Sequence record: SRR31156797_7933
Direction: 5' to 3' (one strand)
Length of the DNA: 59,219 nt
Shown here: positions 8,304 through 19,927 of the stretch, piece after piece
Layout: each line of letters opens with the position of its first letter
How positions within the stretch are numbered: position 1 is the first letter of the stretch
The notes under the pieces: model-generated
Seen by the model: only the letters and a program-made list of their open reading frames with translations
Databases searched by the model: none
What the model was told of the DNA's origin: nothing
Program-made: the position numbers and the translations under genes

Positions 8304-11003
8304 ATGCCTGTAACTAATCTGGCTGAACTTGATGCTCTAGTAGCTCGCGTTAAAGCGGCTCAAGCTGAGTTTGCTACTTACTCTCAAGAGCAAGTAGACA
8401 AAATCTTCCGCGCAGCATCTCTTGCAGCTAACCAAGCTCGTATTCCACTAGCGCAACAAGCGGTAGCAGAGTCTGGCATGGGCATTGTTGAAGATAAAGT
8501 GATCAAAAACCACTTTGCATCTGAGTTTATCTACAACAAATACAAAGACGAGAAAACTTGTGGTGTTCTAGAAGAAGATGACAATCTAGGCACTATGACA
8601 ATCGCAGAACCTGTAGGTATCATCTGTGGTATCGTACCAACGACTAACCCTACATCTACAGCAATCTTCAAATCTCTAATTTCTCTGAAAACTCGTAACG
8701 GTATCATCTTCTCACCACACCCACGTGCGAAGAACTCTACTAACGATGCTGCAAAACTAGTTTTAGACGCTGCTGTAGCGGCTGGTGCTCCAAAAGACAT
8801 CATCGGTTGGATCGACCAACCATCAGTTGAGCTTTCTAACGCACTTATGAAGCACGACGGTATCGCTCTTATCCTTGCTACTGGTGGTCCAGGCATGGTT
8901 AAAGCAGCTTACTCTTCAGGTAAACCTGCTATCGGTGTTGGTGCTGGTAACGTTCCTGTTGTTATTGACGAAACGGCTGACATCAAGCGTGCAGTTGCTT
9001 CTATCCTTATGTCTAAAACTTTCGATAACGGTGTTGTTTGTGCTTCTGAGCAGGCTGCAATCGTTGTTGATGAAGTATACGACGAAGTTAAAGAGCGTTT
9101 CGCTTCTCACAAAGCTTACGTATTAAGCAAAGCTGAAGCAGAAAAAGTACGTAAAGTACTGTTAATCGATGGTGCACTAAACGCGAAAATCGTAGGTCAA
9201 CCAGCTCCAGCAATCGCTGAAATGGCAGGTGTTAAAGTTCCTGCAGATACTAAAGTTCTAGTTGGTGAAGGTCTTGGTAAAGTATCTTACGATGACGAGT
9301 TCGCTCATGAGAAACTATCTCCAACTCTAGGTCTATTCCGTGCTGACAACTTCGAAGACGCAGTTGCTCAAGCGGTAACTATGGTTGAAATTGGCGGTAT
9401 CGGTCACACATCTGGCCTATACACTAACCAAGACGTTAACGCAGACCGTATCCGTTACTTCGGTGACAAACTGAAAACTGCACGTATTCTTGTAAACATT
9501 CCAACGACTCACGGTGGTATCGGTGACCTGTACAACTTCAACGTTGCACCGTCTCTAACACTAGGTTGTGGTTCTTGGGGTGGTAACTCAATCTCTGAGA
9601 ACGTAGGTCCTAAGCACCTAATCAACAAGAAAACTGTAGCGAAGCGAGCTGAAAACATGTTGTGGCATAAACTACCTAAGTCAATCTACTTCCGTCGTGG
9701 TAGCCTTCCAATCGCTCTTGGCGACCTAGAAGGTAAGAAACGCGCATTCCTAGTAACTGACCGTTTCCTATTCAACAACGGTTACGCAGATGATGTTGTT
9801 AGCCTACTTAAAGCTCAAGGCATGGAAGTTCAAACGTTCTTCGATGTAGAAGCAGATCCAACTCTATCTGTAGTAGAGAAAGGTGCTGCTCAAATGGCTA
9901 GCTACCAACCAGACGTGATTCTAGCTCTAGGTGGTGGTTCACCAATGGATGCTGCGAAGATCATGTGGGTTATGTACGAGCACCCAGAAACTCACTTTGA
10001 AGAACTAGCAATGCGCTTTATGGACATCCGTAAACGTATCTACAAGTTCCCTAAAATGGGTCAGAAAGCTGAGCTTGTATGTATCACTACAACTTCAGGT
10101 ACGGGTTCAGAAGTTACTCCATTCGCGGTTGTTACAGACGACAAGACTGGTGCTAAGTACCCACTAGCTGACTACGAAATCACGCCAAACATGGCTATCG
10201 TTGATGCTAACCTAGTAATGAACATGCCTAAGTCTCTAACAGCATTTGGTGGTTACGATGCAGTAACTCACGCTCTAGAAGCTTACGTATCTGTTCTTGC
10301 TAACGAATACTCAGATGGTCAAGCTCTTCAAGCACTTAAGATGCTAAAAGAGTACCTACCATCAAGCTACGCGAACGGCGCTAACGACCCAATCGCTCGT
10401 GAGAAAGTACACAACGCAGCAACTATCGCTGGTGTAGCGTTTGCGAACGCATTCCTAGGTGTTTGTCACTCAATGGCTCACAAACTGGGTGCTGAGTTCC
10501 ACATCCCACACGGTTTGGCTAACGCATTACTTATCTCTAACGTTGTACGTTACAACGCGAACGATAACCCAACTAAACAAACTGCGTTCTCTCAATACGA
10601 CCGTCCACAAGCACGTCGTCGTTACGCTGAAGTTGCTGACCACCTAGGCCTAAGCCAAGCTGGTGACCGTACTGCTCAGAAGATTGAACGTCTACTAACA
10701 TGGTTGGATGAGCTTAAAGTTAACCTAGATATCCCAATGTCTATTCAGGCTGCAGGTGTTAACGAAGCTGATTTCGTAGCTAAACTAGATGAACTAGCGG
10801 TTGAAGCGTTCGATGACCAGTGTACAGGTGCTAACCCACGTTACCCTCTAATCACTGAGCTGAAAGAAGTTCTACTATCTTCTTACTACGGTAAAGCTTT
10901 CGTTGAAGGTGAAACTTTCGAAGGTACTACTGTAATCAAGAAGAAAGCAGACCAAGAAGCAGCTAAAGCGCCAAAAGCAGCTAAGAAAAAAGCAGAAGCT
11001 TAA
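8304..11003 (+). CDS. adhE: Bifunctional acetaldehyde-CoA/alcohol dehydrogenase
   Basis: ALDH domain (SKTFDNGVVCASEQ), the GCGSWGGN linker and an Fe-ADH domain (GGGSPMDAAK, HSMAH); strongly biased codon usage. Confidence 0.98.
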   Translation: MPVTNLAELDALVARVKAAQAEFATYSQEQVDKIFRAASLAANQARIPLAQQAVAESGMGIVEDKVIKNHFASEFIYNKYKDEKTCGVLEEDDNLGTMTIAEPVGIICGIVPTTNPTSTAIFKSLISLKTRNGIIFSPHPRAKNSTNDAAKLVLDAAVAAGAPKDIIGWIDQPSVELSNALMKHDGIALILATGGPGMVKAAYSSGKPAIGVGAGNVPVVIDETADIKRAVASILMSKTFDNGVVCASEQAAIVVDEVYDEVKERFASHKAYVLSKAEAEKVRKVLLIDGALNAKIVGQPAPAIAEMAGVKVPADTKVLVGEGLGKVSYDDEFAHEKLSPTLGLFRADNFEDAVAQAVTMVEIGGIGHTSGLYTNQDVNADRIRYFGDKLKTARILVNIPTTHGGIGDLYNFNVAPSLTLGCGSWGGNSISENVGPKHLINKKTVAKRAENMLWHKLPKSIYFRRGSLPIALGDLEGKKRAFLVTDRFLFNNGYADDVVSLLKAQGMEVQTFFDVEADPTLSVVEKGAAQMASYQPDVILALGGGSPMDAAKIMWVMYEHPETHFEELAMRFMDIRKRIYKFPKMGQKAELVCITTTSGTGSEVTPFAVVTDDKTGAKYPLADYEITPNMAIVDANLVMNMPKSLTAFGGYDAVTHALEAYVSVLANEYSDGQALQALKMLKEYLPSSYANGANDPIAREKVHNAATIAGVAFANAFLGVCHSMAHKLGAEFHIPHGLANALLISNVVRYNANDNPTKQTAFSQYDRPQARRRYAEVADHLGLSQAGDRTAQKIERLLTWLDELKVNLDIPMSIQAAGVNEADFVAKLDELAVEAFDDQCTGANPRYPLITELKEVLLSSYYGKAFVEGETFEGTTVIKKKADQEAAKAPKAAKKKAEA

Positions 11004-11053
11004 TATGAGATAGGTGGTTTTCGCTAGCACGTAAACCAATATCTAAAAAGTAG

Positions 11054-11083
11054 AAAGCCCCACTTCGGTGGGGCTTTTTTTTT
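11054..11083 (+). terminator. adhE intrinsic terminator
   Basis: aaagccccac-ttcg-gtggggcttttttttt. Confidence 0.9.
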
Positions 11084-11276
11084 CTACTTAAACATCAGTA
11101 ATTGTCCAATGATTCTTTCTGAAGGGAGGATTGGTAACCTAATTTGAAATCTTATATTTCATACTTATCTAATATCATGATTTATATAAATAAATATTGA
11201 AAGCATTGCTCTGGATAATTATTCTTTGGCTTGGTAATTCATGCCATCAATACAATAAATCCAAGGATAATTTTGA

Positions 11277-11690
11277 ATGAATAAAAAAGTGGTATTGCAA
11301 GTGTTGGGACTTGCTCTTGTAACAAATATTATGGTTGGTTGTGCTAGCACTTCAAATAGCTCTTCTGCTGAGCAAACAACAAGCGCAGAGGTTGCCAACT
11401 CAAGTGTGGTTAATAGTAATATTCCTGCAAACAGCATCTTCTCTAAAGTGAAAGTCGGCATGTCAATGGCTCAGGTTTATGACACGATCGGTGACCCAAC
11501 CGATACGACAAGTTACATTACTGGAAAATCGTTTATACCGTTTTATTTTGGTAGTGACGCGGCACGGGTAGAAGCGTTATATAAAGGTGAAGGGCGCATA
11601 GTATTTACCGGAGGAACCGGATTTGGTGCCAGAGTCTTTAAAGTTTACCAAATCAGATATAATCCAAACGAGCCTGGTTATAACATGTGA
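11277..11690 (+). CDS. Hypothetical lipoprotein (possible SmpA/OmlA/BLIP-like fold)
   Basis: Signal peptide with lipobox MVGC, a Ser/Thr-rich linker and the VKVGMS..QV...IGDP pattern. Confidence 0.75.
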   Translation: MNKKVVLQVLGLALVTNIMVGCASTSNSSSAEQTTSAEVANSSVVNSNIPANSIFSKVKVGMSMAQVYDTIGDPTDTTSYITGKSFIPFYFGSDAARVEALYKGEGRIVFTGGTGFGARVFKVYQIRYNPNEPGYNM

Positions 11691-11751
11691 GTTTAAAACA
11701 GTGAGGCGATCCCTGTCGCCTCACTAGTCAATGTATCAAGACGATTGCAAG

Positions 11752-12627
11752 TTATGTCCACATCACCATCACTGCTGCAACGGCTACGAGCACTAAGCCC
11801 AACCCGTCTTTAATTCGAATTTTTTGTTTTAGCCAAAAAACGGAAATCAACATAGTAAAAAATATCTCAATTTGACCGAGAGTTTTTACGTAAGGTACAG
11901 CCTCTAAAGACATAGCACTGAACCACCCAATGGAACCTAAGCAACTGGTGAAACTGGTGAGAAAAACGATCTTTGGTTTTGACCACAATACCTTGAGTGT
12001 ATTTCGATCTGTCACAACCAGGTAACCTACAATCATCAGGGTCTGTAATGAAATGACCAGTAACAATACCCAAGCTGCACTGTACGGGAAGGGGAGCCCA
12101 GAAGCTAAGCTCGCTTCACGCACCCATAGAGACGTCAGAGCAAAGGCACTTCCACAGCTAACGCCCAAGGCGACGGTAGGTAAAGATATCTGACGAACGT
12201 TACCCTGAGTGCTCATCATGAACACGCCGACACCGCCAATGAAAACCCCAATCCAGCCTAGCAAGCTCAAATGTGTGCCAAAGAAAAGCATGCCAAGAAA
12301 CGCCGCAACCAAAGCTTCGCTTTTGGCTAAACCAGCACCTACCGCGTAATTGTTGAACTTAAAGAGTTTGACCATTAATGCCGTGGCAATGATCTGCATA
12401 ATGGATGCGCCGAAGATAAATTTTATAAACGAAACATCAAATCGAGGTAATTCTGAAGGTTCAATAGAGTAGAGCGTAATAAGATAAATTGCCGCTATCG
12501 GACTAGCCCAGAGAAAGCGAGCTAATGTGACCCCCGCAGTTTTTACATCACCGGAAAGGTGGCTTTGAAAGGCGTTACGCCATGACTGCATAAAGGCAGC
12601 GAGAAAAGTAAAAAGAATCCATGTCAT
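11752..12627 (-). CDS. DMT/EamA-family transporter
   Basis: 291 aa, about 10 TM segments in two similar halves. Confidence 0.8.
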   Translation of the reverse strand: MTWILFTFLAAFMQSWRNAFQSHLSGDVKTAGVTLARFLWASPIAAIYLITLYSIEPSELPRFDVSFIKFIFGASIMQIIATALMVKLFKFNNYAVGAGLAKSEALVAAFLGMLFFGTHLSLLGWIGVFIGGVGVFMMSTQGNVRQISLPTVALGVSCGSAFALTSLWVREASLASGLPFPYSAAWVLLLVISLQTLMIVGYLVVTDRNTLKVLWSKPKIVFLTSFTSCLGSIGWFSAMSLEAVPYVKTLGQIEIFFTMLISVFWLKQKIRIKDGLGLVLVAVAAVMVMWT

Positions 12628-12740
12628 CGTGAGAAATCCAAAAGAGCAGAGTGATCACTATGCAATGAATATGCTGACACATCAAATTTAAGGCATAAAA
12701 AAGCCTCTCGAAAGAGAGGCTTAGATAGTGTTAACAGAGG

Positions 12741-14300
12741 TTAACCAGCAAGTACGTCGGTTGCCACTTTGTAGCTTGGGTCTTCTTTTACGTTGATTTC
12801 AACTAAGCTACCCGCTTTGTGCAACAGTGCTCTACAGTCCTGACTTAAGTGGCGAAGGTGCAACGTCTTACCCACAGCGGCATAGCGCTCAGCAACCGTT
12901 TCAATCGCTTCAATAGCAGAGTGATCAGCAACACGTGATTGAGCAAAGTCTACAATCACATCTTGTGGGTCATTTGGTGCGTCAAACAACTCTAAGAAGT
13001 TAGCCGCTGAACCAAAAAAGATTGGACCGTTAATTTTGTAAACTTTAGAACCTTCCTCATTGAGTTCGCTACTCGCATAGATATGCTTGGCGTGCTCCCA
13101 AGCAAACATAAGCGCTGAAACAATAACACCAACACCAACAGCAATCGCTAGGTCAGTAAATACTGTAACAACGGTTACCAGGACAATAACGAAGAAATCT
13201 TGCTTAGGGACACGGCGAGCCAGCTTAAATGTTGCCCATTCAAAGGTACCGATAACCACCATAAACATAACACCAACCAGAGCTGCTAGCGGAATCATTT
13301 CAATTAATGAAGAAGCAAACAGGATGAAGAACAGCAGCATGATGGCAGCAACAATTCCTGATAAGCGACCACGACCACCAGAGTTTATATTGATCATCGA
13401 TTGGCCGATCATCGCACAACCACCCATAGCACCGAATACAGAACAGGTGATGTTTGCCAGGCCTTGCCCCATACACTCACGGTTAGATTTACCACGAGTA
13501 TTGGTCATTTCATCTAGCACTGTAAGGGTCAATAATGATTCGATTAGACCGATAGCCGCTAAGATAATGGAATAAGGCAGAATAATTTGCAGCGTTTCCA
13601 GCGTCATAGGTACGACAGGGAAAGCAAAAGTCGGTAACGTACCGGCTAGAGTTGCAGCTTCATCACCAGACATTGCTCGAAGGAAATCAACAACAGTACG
13701 AGTCTCTAAACCTAAGCCTTGAACGAGCAAAGTCACAGTAACAATTGCTGCCAGTGAAGATGGTACTGCAGTAGTGATTTTTGGCAAAAAGTGGATTATC
13801 GCCATAGTCAGTGCAACTAAACCAAGCATCAACATCAGTTGCTCGGTTGGTAACCAGGAAAGAACACCGTTGATATCTGGTGCTTTAAACTGGCCAAGTT
13901 GTGCCAGGAAGATAACGATAGCAAGACCGTTAACAAAGCCAATCATTACAGGGTGGGGCACCATGCGAATAAACTTACCCAGTTTAAACACACCTGCAGC
14001 GATCTGTAAGATTCCGGCAAAAAGTATTGCGGCAAACAAGTATTGAACGCCGTGGCTCGCAACCAAGCTCACCATCACAACGGCCATTGCGCCGGTTGCG
14101 CCAGAAATCATACCTGGACGGCCACCGAATATAGAGGTTACAAGACCAACGATGAAAGCTGCGTATAAACCAACCATTGGGTCTACACCTGCAACAAATG
14201 CGAAAGCAACCGCTTCTGGAACTAAAGCTAGGGCAACGGTAAGGCCTGAAAGCACATCATTCTTTACCGAATGTTTAGAAAACTGGGGAAATTCAAACAT
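12741..14300 (-). CDS. SulP family inorganic anion transporter with STAS domain
   Basis: [25 protein letters not shown] and GGCAMIGQS motifs; C-terminal GPIFFG...DHSA STAS domain. Confidence 0.93.
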   Translation of the reverse strand: MFEFPQFSKHSVKNDVLSGLTVALALVPEAVAFAFVAGVDPMVGLYAAFIVGLVTSIFGGRPGMISGATGAMAVVMVSLVASHGVQYLFAAILFAGILQIAAGVFKLGKFIRMVPHPVMIGFVNGLAIVIFLAQLGQFKAPDINGVLSWLPTEQLMLMLGLVALTMAIIHFLPKITTAVPSSLAAIVTVTLLVQGLGLETRTVVDFLRAMSGDEAATLAGTLPTFAFPVVPMTLETLQIILPYSIILAAIGLIESLLTLTVLDEMTNTRGKSNRECMGQGLANITCSVFGAMGGCAMIGQSMININSGGRGRLSGIVAAIMLLFFILFASSLIEMIPLAALVGVMFMVVIGTFEWATFKLARRVPKQDFFVIVLVTVVTVFTDLAIAVGVGVIVSALMFAWEHAKHIYASSELNEEGSKVYKINGPIFFGSAANFLELFDAPNDPQDVIVDFAQSRVADHSAIEAIETVAERYAAVGKTLHLRHLSQDCRALLHKAGSLVEINVKEDPSYKVATDVLAG

Positions 14301-14518
14301 GGCTTGAGTGTTTTTCCTGATTGTTAATGAAATAGTTAACTTTAAGTATTAGTGCTTATTGAACAAAAGTGGATCTGCTAAGGAAGTTCTTAAGCAAAAA
14401 AGTGTATTCAATATAGTAAGAGCGCTAAGTAAAAGATGAATGGCGGATGCTACAGAAATGTGTGATGAAGTTCAATATTGAACCAGTCGTTACACTTAAT
14501 TACATTCGCCGAAATAAC

Positions 14519-14547
14519 AAAAAGCCACCTATTAAGGTGGCTTTTTG
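14519..14547 (-). terminator. rne intrinsic terminator
   Basis: aaaaagccacct-atta-aggtggcttttt just past the rne stop. Confidence 0.8.
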
Positions 14548-14561
14548 GAACGGCAAAGAAA

Positions 14562-17558
14562 TTAGTAGCCTTGAGGCTTACTCATTGCTGCACCTGCTTG
14601 GCTGCGAGCAACTTGGCTGCCTGCACCAATAGGTGTGTATCTTTCGCTACGCAAAGGTGCTGCGTTAACAGTGATCTCTTTAATTTCTTGAGGACCAGAC
14701 GCCTTTGCCATTGGCGCAGAAGCATGCCCTTTAGCTTGAACAACCGCAGTTTCTTTCAATTCAATTGTTTCAGTTGCTTGAACAGGTGTTTCTACAGCTG
14801 CAGGTTGTTCTTCGATAACAGGCTCAACGACTGGTACTGATTCTACAACAGGAGCTGTCTCTACAACCGTTTCAACTGATGGTTGTTCTACAACCTCTGC
14901 AGTTTCAGTAACAGTAGGCTCAATAACAGGCTGCTCATTTTGCAGTTCAGCTTTCGCTTCAACAGGCTTCTCTTCATGGCGGATGATCACTTTACCCATC
15001 GCCATTTCAGGGAATGCATAGCCGCCATGTACAGGAGCAGTTGTTACTTCTAATTGCTCTGAAATAGGTTCAACTTTAGCTTGTGGCTTAACTGCTGGCT
15101 TAGTTAAATCATATCGTGGCATGACTTTACCCATTGCCATCTCTGGAGAGGCAACCCCACCTTTACGCAGGCGGAATGGGTTAGGACGACGGTCACGACC
15201 GCGACGACGACGTTGGCCACTAGCTCGCAGGTGACGTGGAGAGCGACGGTTGCGACGTTGCTTCTGCTCTTCAGGCTGTTCAGCATTGGCGTTATCATTC
15301 TGCTCAACGTTATCGAGTTTAGCTTCCTGGTTAGCTGGAGCAGATGTTTCCACGACTGGTGCAATATCGTTAGTTTCTACTTCGTCTTCCGCTTTATTTA
15401 CTCGAACTGGTTTGTTCAGTTTACGACGTTGACGACGTTCTTTGACGATCGCAGCTTTTTCTTGCTTAGGCTTAGCCGGTTGTTGTTCAGGGCTGTCTTG
15501 TTGAGCATCAGCCGCTAATTGACGACCTTCTTCCTGCAACTTATTCGATTTAGCATCATTGCGGTTACGCTTGTTACGACGCTCTTGCTTAGGCTTACGA
15601 TCTTGTTGCTTAGGCGCTTTAGTATCAGCAGACTGTTCAGCTTCTACTTTGTCGCTTGTTTTTTCATTTTGCTTACGACGATTCTTGTCACGTGAGTTGT
15701 TACGACGGCGGTCGTTACGCTCACGGCGTTGTGAAGAATGCTTCTTATGCTCGTTGTCGTTAGTTTCTTTAACGACTTCAACTTCTTTCTTCTCTTCTTC
15801 GCCAGCGAAAATACCTGCTAATGCTTTAAATAGGCGGCTAATCAAACCTGGTTTAGCTTCAGCAACAGGAGCTGCTTCTTTCTTCATTTCAGGTTTTGGT
15901 TTAGCAACAGGCGCTGGAGCTGGAGCCGGAGCCGGTGCTGATTGTGCTGGTGAAGTAAATCCTTTCAGAACAGGCTCTTCAAGACGTCGTGGACGCAGAT
16001 CTTGCTCAATGCCAGCTTCTTTGCTTTCCGCTTCTTTTAGCGCTTCAAGCTTCTTAGGAATCAGGTAAGAAAGAATCTCATGTTCTTCACCCTCACGGAT
16101 ACGAATCACTTCGAAGTGAGGCGTTTCCATGTCAGAGTTAGGAACGATGGTGATTTTCACTTCTTGAATGCGTTCAATGTGATTGATTGAACGACGCTTT
16201 TCATTCAACAAGTAAGAAGCAATAGACACAGGCACCACAGCAAGAACCTGTGATGTATTGTCTTTTAACGCTTCTTCTTCAATTAAACGTAAAACAGATA
16301 ATGCTAGAGATTCGTTGTCACGAACCACCCCAGTACCTGTACAGCGAGGACAGATATGATGGCTAGCTTCAGCCAGAGAAGGGCTCAAGCGTTGGCGTGA
16401 CATTTCAAGCAGACCAAAGCGAGAAATACGGCCGATTTGAACGCGAGCACGGTCTAAACGAACAGCTTCACGTAAGCGGTTTTCAACTTCACGCTGGTGG
16501 CGAACTGGAGTCATATCGATAAAGTCGATAACAACCAAGCCACCTAGGTCACGTAGACGTAATTGACGAGCAATTTCATCTGCCGCTTCTAAGTTAGTGT
16601 TCAGAGCGGTTTCTTCGATATCCCCGCCTTTAGTTGCGCGAGCGGAGTTGATATCAATAGAAGTTAGTGCTTCTGTTGGGTCGATTACGATCGAGCCACC
16701 AGAAGGTAAGCGAACTTCACGCTGGAAAGCAGATTCGATCTGGCTTTCGATTTGGAAGTGGCTAAATAGTGGTACTTCGCCATCGTATTTCTTAACACGA
16801 TTAACAAAGTCTGGGCGAACTAAACGGATATGGTCTAGTGCACGCTCGTAAATGGTGTTGCTATCAATCAGGATTTCACCAATATCACGACGTAAATAGT
16901 CACGGATTGCACGAACAATTACGTTACTTTCTTGGTGAATCAGGAATGGCGCAGGGTTGGAATCTGACGCTTGTTTGATCGCTGCCCAATGGTTTAGTAG
17001 AACGTTTAAATCCCACTCTAGCTCTTCAGCATTTTTGCCAACACCTGCAGTGCGAACGATTAAGCCCATACCTTGTGGAAGTTCTAGTGTGCTTAGTGCA
17101 GCTTTAAGTTCAGTACGCTCTTCGCCTTCGATACGACGTGAAATACCGCCAGCACGAGGGTTATTAGGCATTAGAACAAGGTAGCTACCCGCTAGGGAAA
17201 TAAAGGTTGTTAATGCGGCGCCTTTACTACCGCGTTCCTCTTTTTCAACTTGAACGATGACTTCTTGGCCTTCTTTAAGCACTTCTTTAATGCTTGGACG
17301 ACCTTGGTATGTGTAACCTTCAGGGAAGTATTCGCGGGCAATTTCTTTAAGAGGAAGGAAACCATGTCGTTCTGCGCCGTAGTCGACAAATGCAGCTTCT
17401 AGACTTGGTTCAATACGGGTAATACGGCCTTTGTAGATATTCGCTTTTTTGGATTCGTGTCCTGGACTTTCGATATCAAGATCGAACAGTCGCTGGCCAT
17501 CAACCAAAGCGACACGCAACTCTTCTTTCTGAGTTGCGTTAATTAGCATTCTTTTCAT
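14562..17558 (-). CDS. rne: Ribonuclease E
   Basis: [25 protein letters not shown]-terminus, catalytic DINS, CPRC zinc link, membrane-targeting helix [14 protein letters not shown] and a disordered Arg/Glu-rich C-terminal half. Confidence 0.99.
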   Translation of the reverse strand: MKRMLINATQKEELRVALVDGQRLFDLDIESPGHESKKANIYKGRITRIEPSLEAAFVDYGAERHGFLPLKEIAREYFPEGYTYQGRPSIKEVLKEGQEVIVQVEKEERGSKGAALTTFISLAGSYLVLMPNNPRAGGISRRIEGEERTELKAALSTLELPQGMGLIVRTAGVGKNAEELEWDLNVLLNHWAAIKQASDSNPAPFLIHQESNVIVRAIRDYLRRDIGEILIDSNTIYERALDHIRLVRPDFVNRVKKYDGEVPLFSHFQIESQIESAFQREVRLPSGGSIVIDPTEALTSIDINSARATKGGDIEETALNTNLEAADEIARQLRLRDLGGLVVIDFIDMTPVRHQREVENRLREAVRLDRARVQIGRISRFGLLEMSRQRLSPSLAEASHHICPRCTGTGVVRDNESLALSVLRLIEEEALKDNTSQVLAVVPVSIASYLLNEKRRSINHIERIQEVKITIVPNSDMETPHFEVIRIREGEEHEILSYLIPKKLEALKEAESKEAGIEQDLRPRRLEEPVLKGFTSPAQSAPAPAPAPAPVAKPKPEMKKEAAPVAEAKPGLISRLFKALAGIFAGEEEKKEVEVVKETNDNEHKKHSSQRRERNDRRRNNSRDKNRRKQNEKTSDKVEAEQSADTKAPKQQDRKPKQERRNKRNRNDAKSNKLQEEGRQLAADAQQDSPEQQPAKPKQEKAAIVKERRQRRKLNKPVRVNKAEDEVETNDIAPVVETSAPANQEAKLDNVEQNDNANAEQPEEQKQRRNRRSPRHLRASGQRRRRGRDRRPNPFRLRKGGVASPEMAMGKVMPRYDLTKPAVKPQAKVEPISEQLEVTTAPVHGGYAFPEMAMGKVIIRHEEKPVEAKAELQNEQPVIEPTVTETAEVVEQPSVETVVETAPVVESVPVVEPVIEEQPAAVETPVQATETIELKETAVVQAKGHASAPMAKASGPQEIKEITVNAAPLRSERYTPIGAGSQVARSQAGAAMSKPQGY

Positions 17559-17900
17559 TTAAAAATCTCGTAAATTTTTCTTTGTTTTGATTATCGTTCT
17601 TGCTGCGTGTATTTCGTATTCACGGTGTCAGATCCCATGGCTTGTTCGTTACAGCCTCCCGGCTGGAGAGGGATGCTCTGAGGACACGTCAGTTATCACA
17701 AACTCAATTTCGCTTGTGATCCGCATTGAGGCGGAGGTACTCAACATGAAATATCGAAGAGTAGAGCAACAAGAAGCCTTAACTCAAAATGTCTTACGCC
17801 ATATGCAGCATAGAGTTTTAGGCTTACTACTCAAGTATTTGCTTTAACTAGACGGTAGAAAACAAAAACACTACCAGTTCAATTATCGCAGGTGTGAACT
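17559..17900 (-). promoter_or_regulatory. Structured rne 5' UTR (autoregulatory leader)
   Basis: Long untranslated leader with nested stems (gtgtc..gatccc / gggat..gacac, 17625-17688; cagcc-tccc-ggctg) and a TGGCGTAAGAC motif (17791-17801, minus) that I recall from the enteric rne hp2 element. Boundaries are approximate. Confidence 0.6.
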
Positions 17901-18193
17901 ATAGCAGTGACTGCTGGCTACAGCAATGTGCTTTATTAGAAAGCACTTAAAAATTTCTATCTCTATCCAAAACATACTTATAAATAGCAGAAATTCTCAT
18001 CAAAAAACGTTTAAAATTTGTATTTTGTCAATAGTGACTTGCCCTGCTGTCGGGAAAAACAAACGATCTGATGTATATTTCATCGATTTAATAAAAAAAT
18101 GGTTATGAAATGCCATTTTTAATTAATCAATAAATCGCGTTAAACAACTATCTTAAGGTTACTTCAATATCACATTCGGTTAGAATATTGCGC

Positions 18194-19144
18194 ATGAACG
18201 AAATTAGAACTCAAGTCCAGTTCATCGATATTGATGAAGATATGGCTGGTCAACGCATCGATAATTTTTTGCGTAACCAATTAAAATCAATCCCTAAAAG
18301 CATGGTTTATCGAATCCTGCGTAAGGGCGAAGTGCGCGTAAACAAAAAGCGCATTAAAGCTGAATACAAACTGGCGGCAGGCGATGTTGTACGTATACCG
18401 CCAGTGACAATTGAAGTGAAAGCTGACGAAACTGCTGCACCGAGTACCAAGCTGAATAAGGTGGCAGAGTTAGAACATTGCATCCTGCACGAAGATGAGC
18501 ATGTACTAATACTCAACAAACCTTCAGGTACCGCTGTGCATGGAGGGAGTGGCTTGAAATTTGGCGCTATTGAAGCATTGCGTGCTTTGCGTCCTGAAGC
18601 GCGTTTCCTCGAGCTAGTACATCGCATCGACCGTGACACGTCGGGAATACTATTGGTGGCAAAAAAGCGTTCGGCATTGCGTCATCTTCAGGCTCAGTTC
18701 CGAGAGAAAACCGTTCAGAAGTATTATTTTGCTTTAGTGATGGGGGAGTGGAAGAACAGCTGCAAAGCGGTTAATGCTCCGTTGCTTAAGAATGAAGTGA
18801 ACAGTATTGTTCGTGTTAACCCGAATGGTAAACCGTCGGAGACACGTTTTAAAATTTTAGAAAAGTTTGCTCAAGCAACCTTGATTCAAGCGAGCCCGAT
18901 TACTGGTCGTACTCACCAAATCCGTGTTCATACGCAATATACCGGGCATCCAATTGCCTGGGATGACAGATACGGTGACCGTCGATTTGATGCGTACACC
19001 GCTCAGTTTGGGATAGACCGCTTATTCTTACATGCAGCGAATATTCGTTTTATTCACCCTGCAACAGAAGAAAAAATGGAAGTGAACGCACCACTAGAAG
19101 CAAAATTGGAAAGCGCTTTAGCTAAGATGAGAGAAGCGAAATAG
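18194..19144 (+). CDS. rluC: 23S rRNA pseudouridine(955/2504/2580) synthase
   Basis: S4 domain GQRIDNFL, LVHRIDRDTSG and GRTHQIRVH; divergent from rne. ATG 18194 preferred over TTG 18188. Confidence 0.96.
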   Translation: MNEIRTQVQFIDIDEDMAGQRIDNFLRNQLKSIPKSMVYRILRKGEVRVNKKRIKAEYKLAAGDVVRIPPVTIEVKADETAAPSTKLNKVAELEHCILHEDEHVLILNKPSGTAVHGGSGLKFGAIEALRALRPEARFLELVHRIDRDTSGILLVAKKRSALRHLQAQFREKTVQKYYFALVMGEWKNSCKAVNAPLLKNEVNSIVRVNPNGKPSETRFKILEKFAQATLIQASPITGRTHQIRVHTQYTGHPIAWDDRYGDRRFDAYTAQFGIDRLFLHAANIRFIHPATEEKMEVNAPLEAKLESALAKMREAK

Positions 19145-19198
19145 CGGGTAGCGGTTATTTTAATTGATTAAGGGCTTGTTATGACAGGCCCTTTCTTT

Positions 19199-19780
19199 TT
19201 AAAGTACCTTAAAGTTTTCGTTCTCTAGTAGTTGTATTAGTCGGATTAGCGGCAAACCAATCAAAGAATTAGGGTCATCGCCTTCGAGACGCTCAAACAG
19301 ACTGATACCCAGGCCTTCACTTTTAAAACTGCCTGCACAATTTAATGGTTGTTCTTTTTTCACATAGCTTTCCACCATTTCTTTGTTCAACTCTCTGAAA
19401 TGAACAACAAATGGTTCGCAAATCACCTGTGTTTTTTGTGTTTCACTATTAAATAGAGCAACCCCCGTAAAGAAGGTGATCGCTTTTCCGCTTTGTTTTA
19501 ACAACTGCTCAATGGCTTTCTCTTCTGTATGAGGCTTACCGACAATGTTGCCATCGATAACACAGACTTGATCGGAACCTATCACCAAGCTTGCTTTATC
19601 TATTGCACAAGAACGCGCTTTCTTTTCGGCCAAACGCATGACTAAAGCTTGAGGCGATTCATTGTCTAAAGGCGTTTCATCGCAATCTGGTTGAGCTGTA
19701 ACGAAAGGTATAGCCAGTTTACTGAGCAATTGTTGGCGAAAAGGTGATGTCGAGGCTAAAACTAGTTGGTAATTTGGCAT
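19199..19780 (-). CDS. yceF: Maf family nucleoside triphosphate pyrophosphatase
   Basis: [19 protein letters not shown] and [11 protein letters not shown] motifs; synteny between rluC and yceD. Confidence 0.92.
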   Translation of the reverse strand: MPNYQLVLASTSPFRQQLLSKLAIPFVTAQPDCDETPLDNESPQALVMRLAEKKARSCAIDKASLVIGSDQVCVIDGNIVGKPHTEEKAIEQLLKQSGKAITFFTGVALFNSETQKTQVICEPFVVHFRELNKEMVESYVKKEQPLNCAGSFKSEGLGISLFERLEGDDPNSLIGLPLIRLIQLLENENFKVL

Positions 19781-19927
19781 TTTGAGTTAGAATCTTACTG
19801 AGTTTGACAGCAGCATATACGAAGTGATGCTGTTGTTCATAACTCTGGCTATAAAAAGGGAAAAAATGATGACTTTTTTGCCTTTTTCTTTGACTAAACC
19901 TGTTTTGGAAGATAATATTCGCGCCCT

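Noticed and set aside
11219-11461. 80-aa minus-strand ORF
   Set aside because: Antisense to the lipoprotein gene, which has the better signals (lipobox, RBS, downstream hairpin).
13087-14046. 162-aa and 90-aa ORFs opposite the SulP gene
   Set aside because: Antisense shadows typical of hydrophobic membrane-protein codons.
15559-16068. 169-aa plus-strand ORF with a GAGAGAG repeat
   Set aside because: Antisense shadow of the low-complexity RNase E C-terminal half (the APAPAPAP linker); no RBS or family features.
17587-18108. 86-aa and 60-aa ORFs in the rne-rluC intergenic region
   Set aside because: They coincide with the structured rne leader and AT-rich promoters; no RBS or recognisable protein features.
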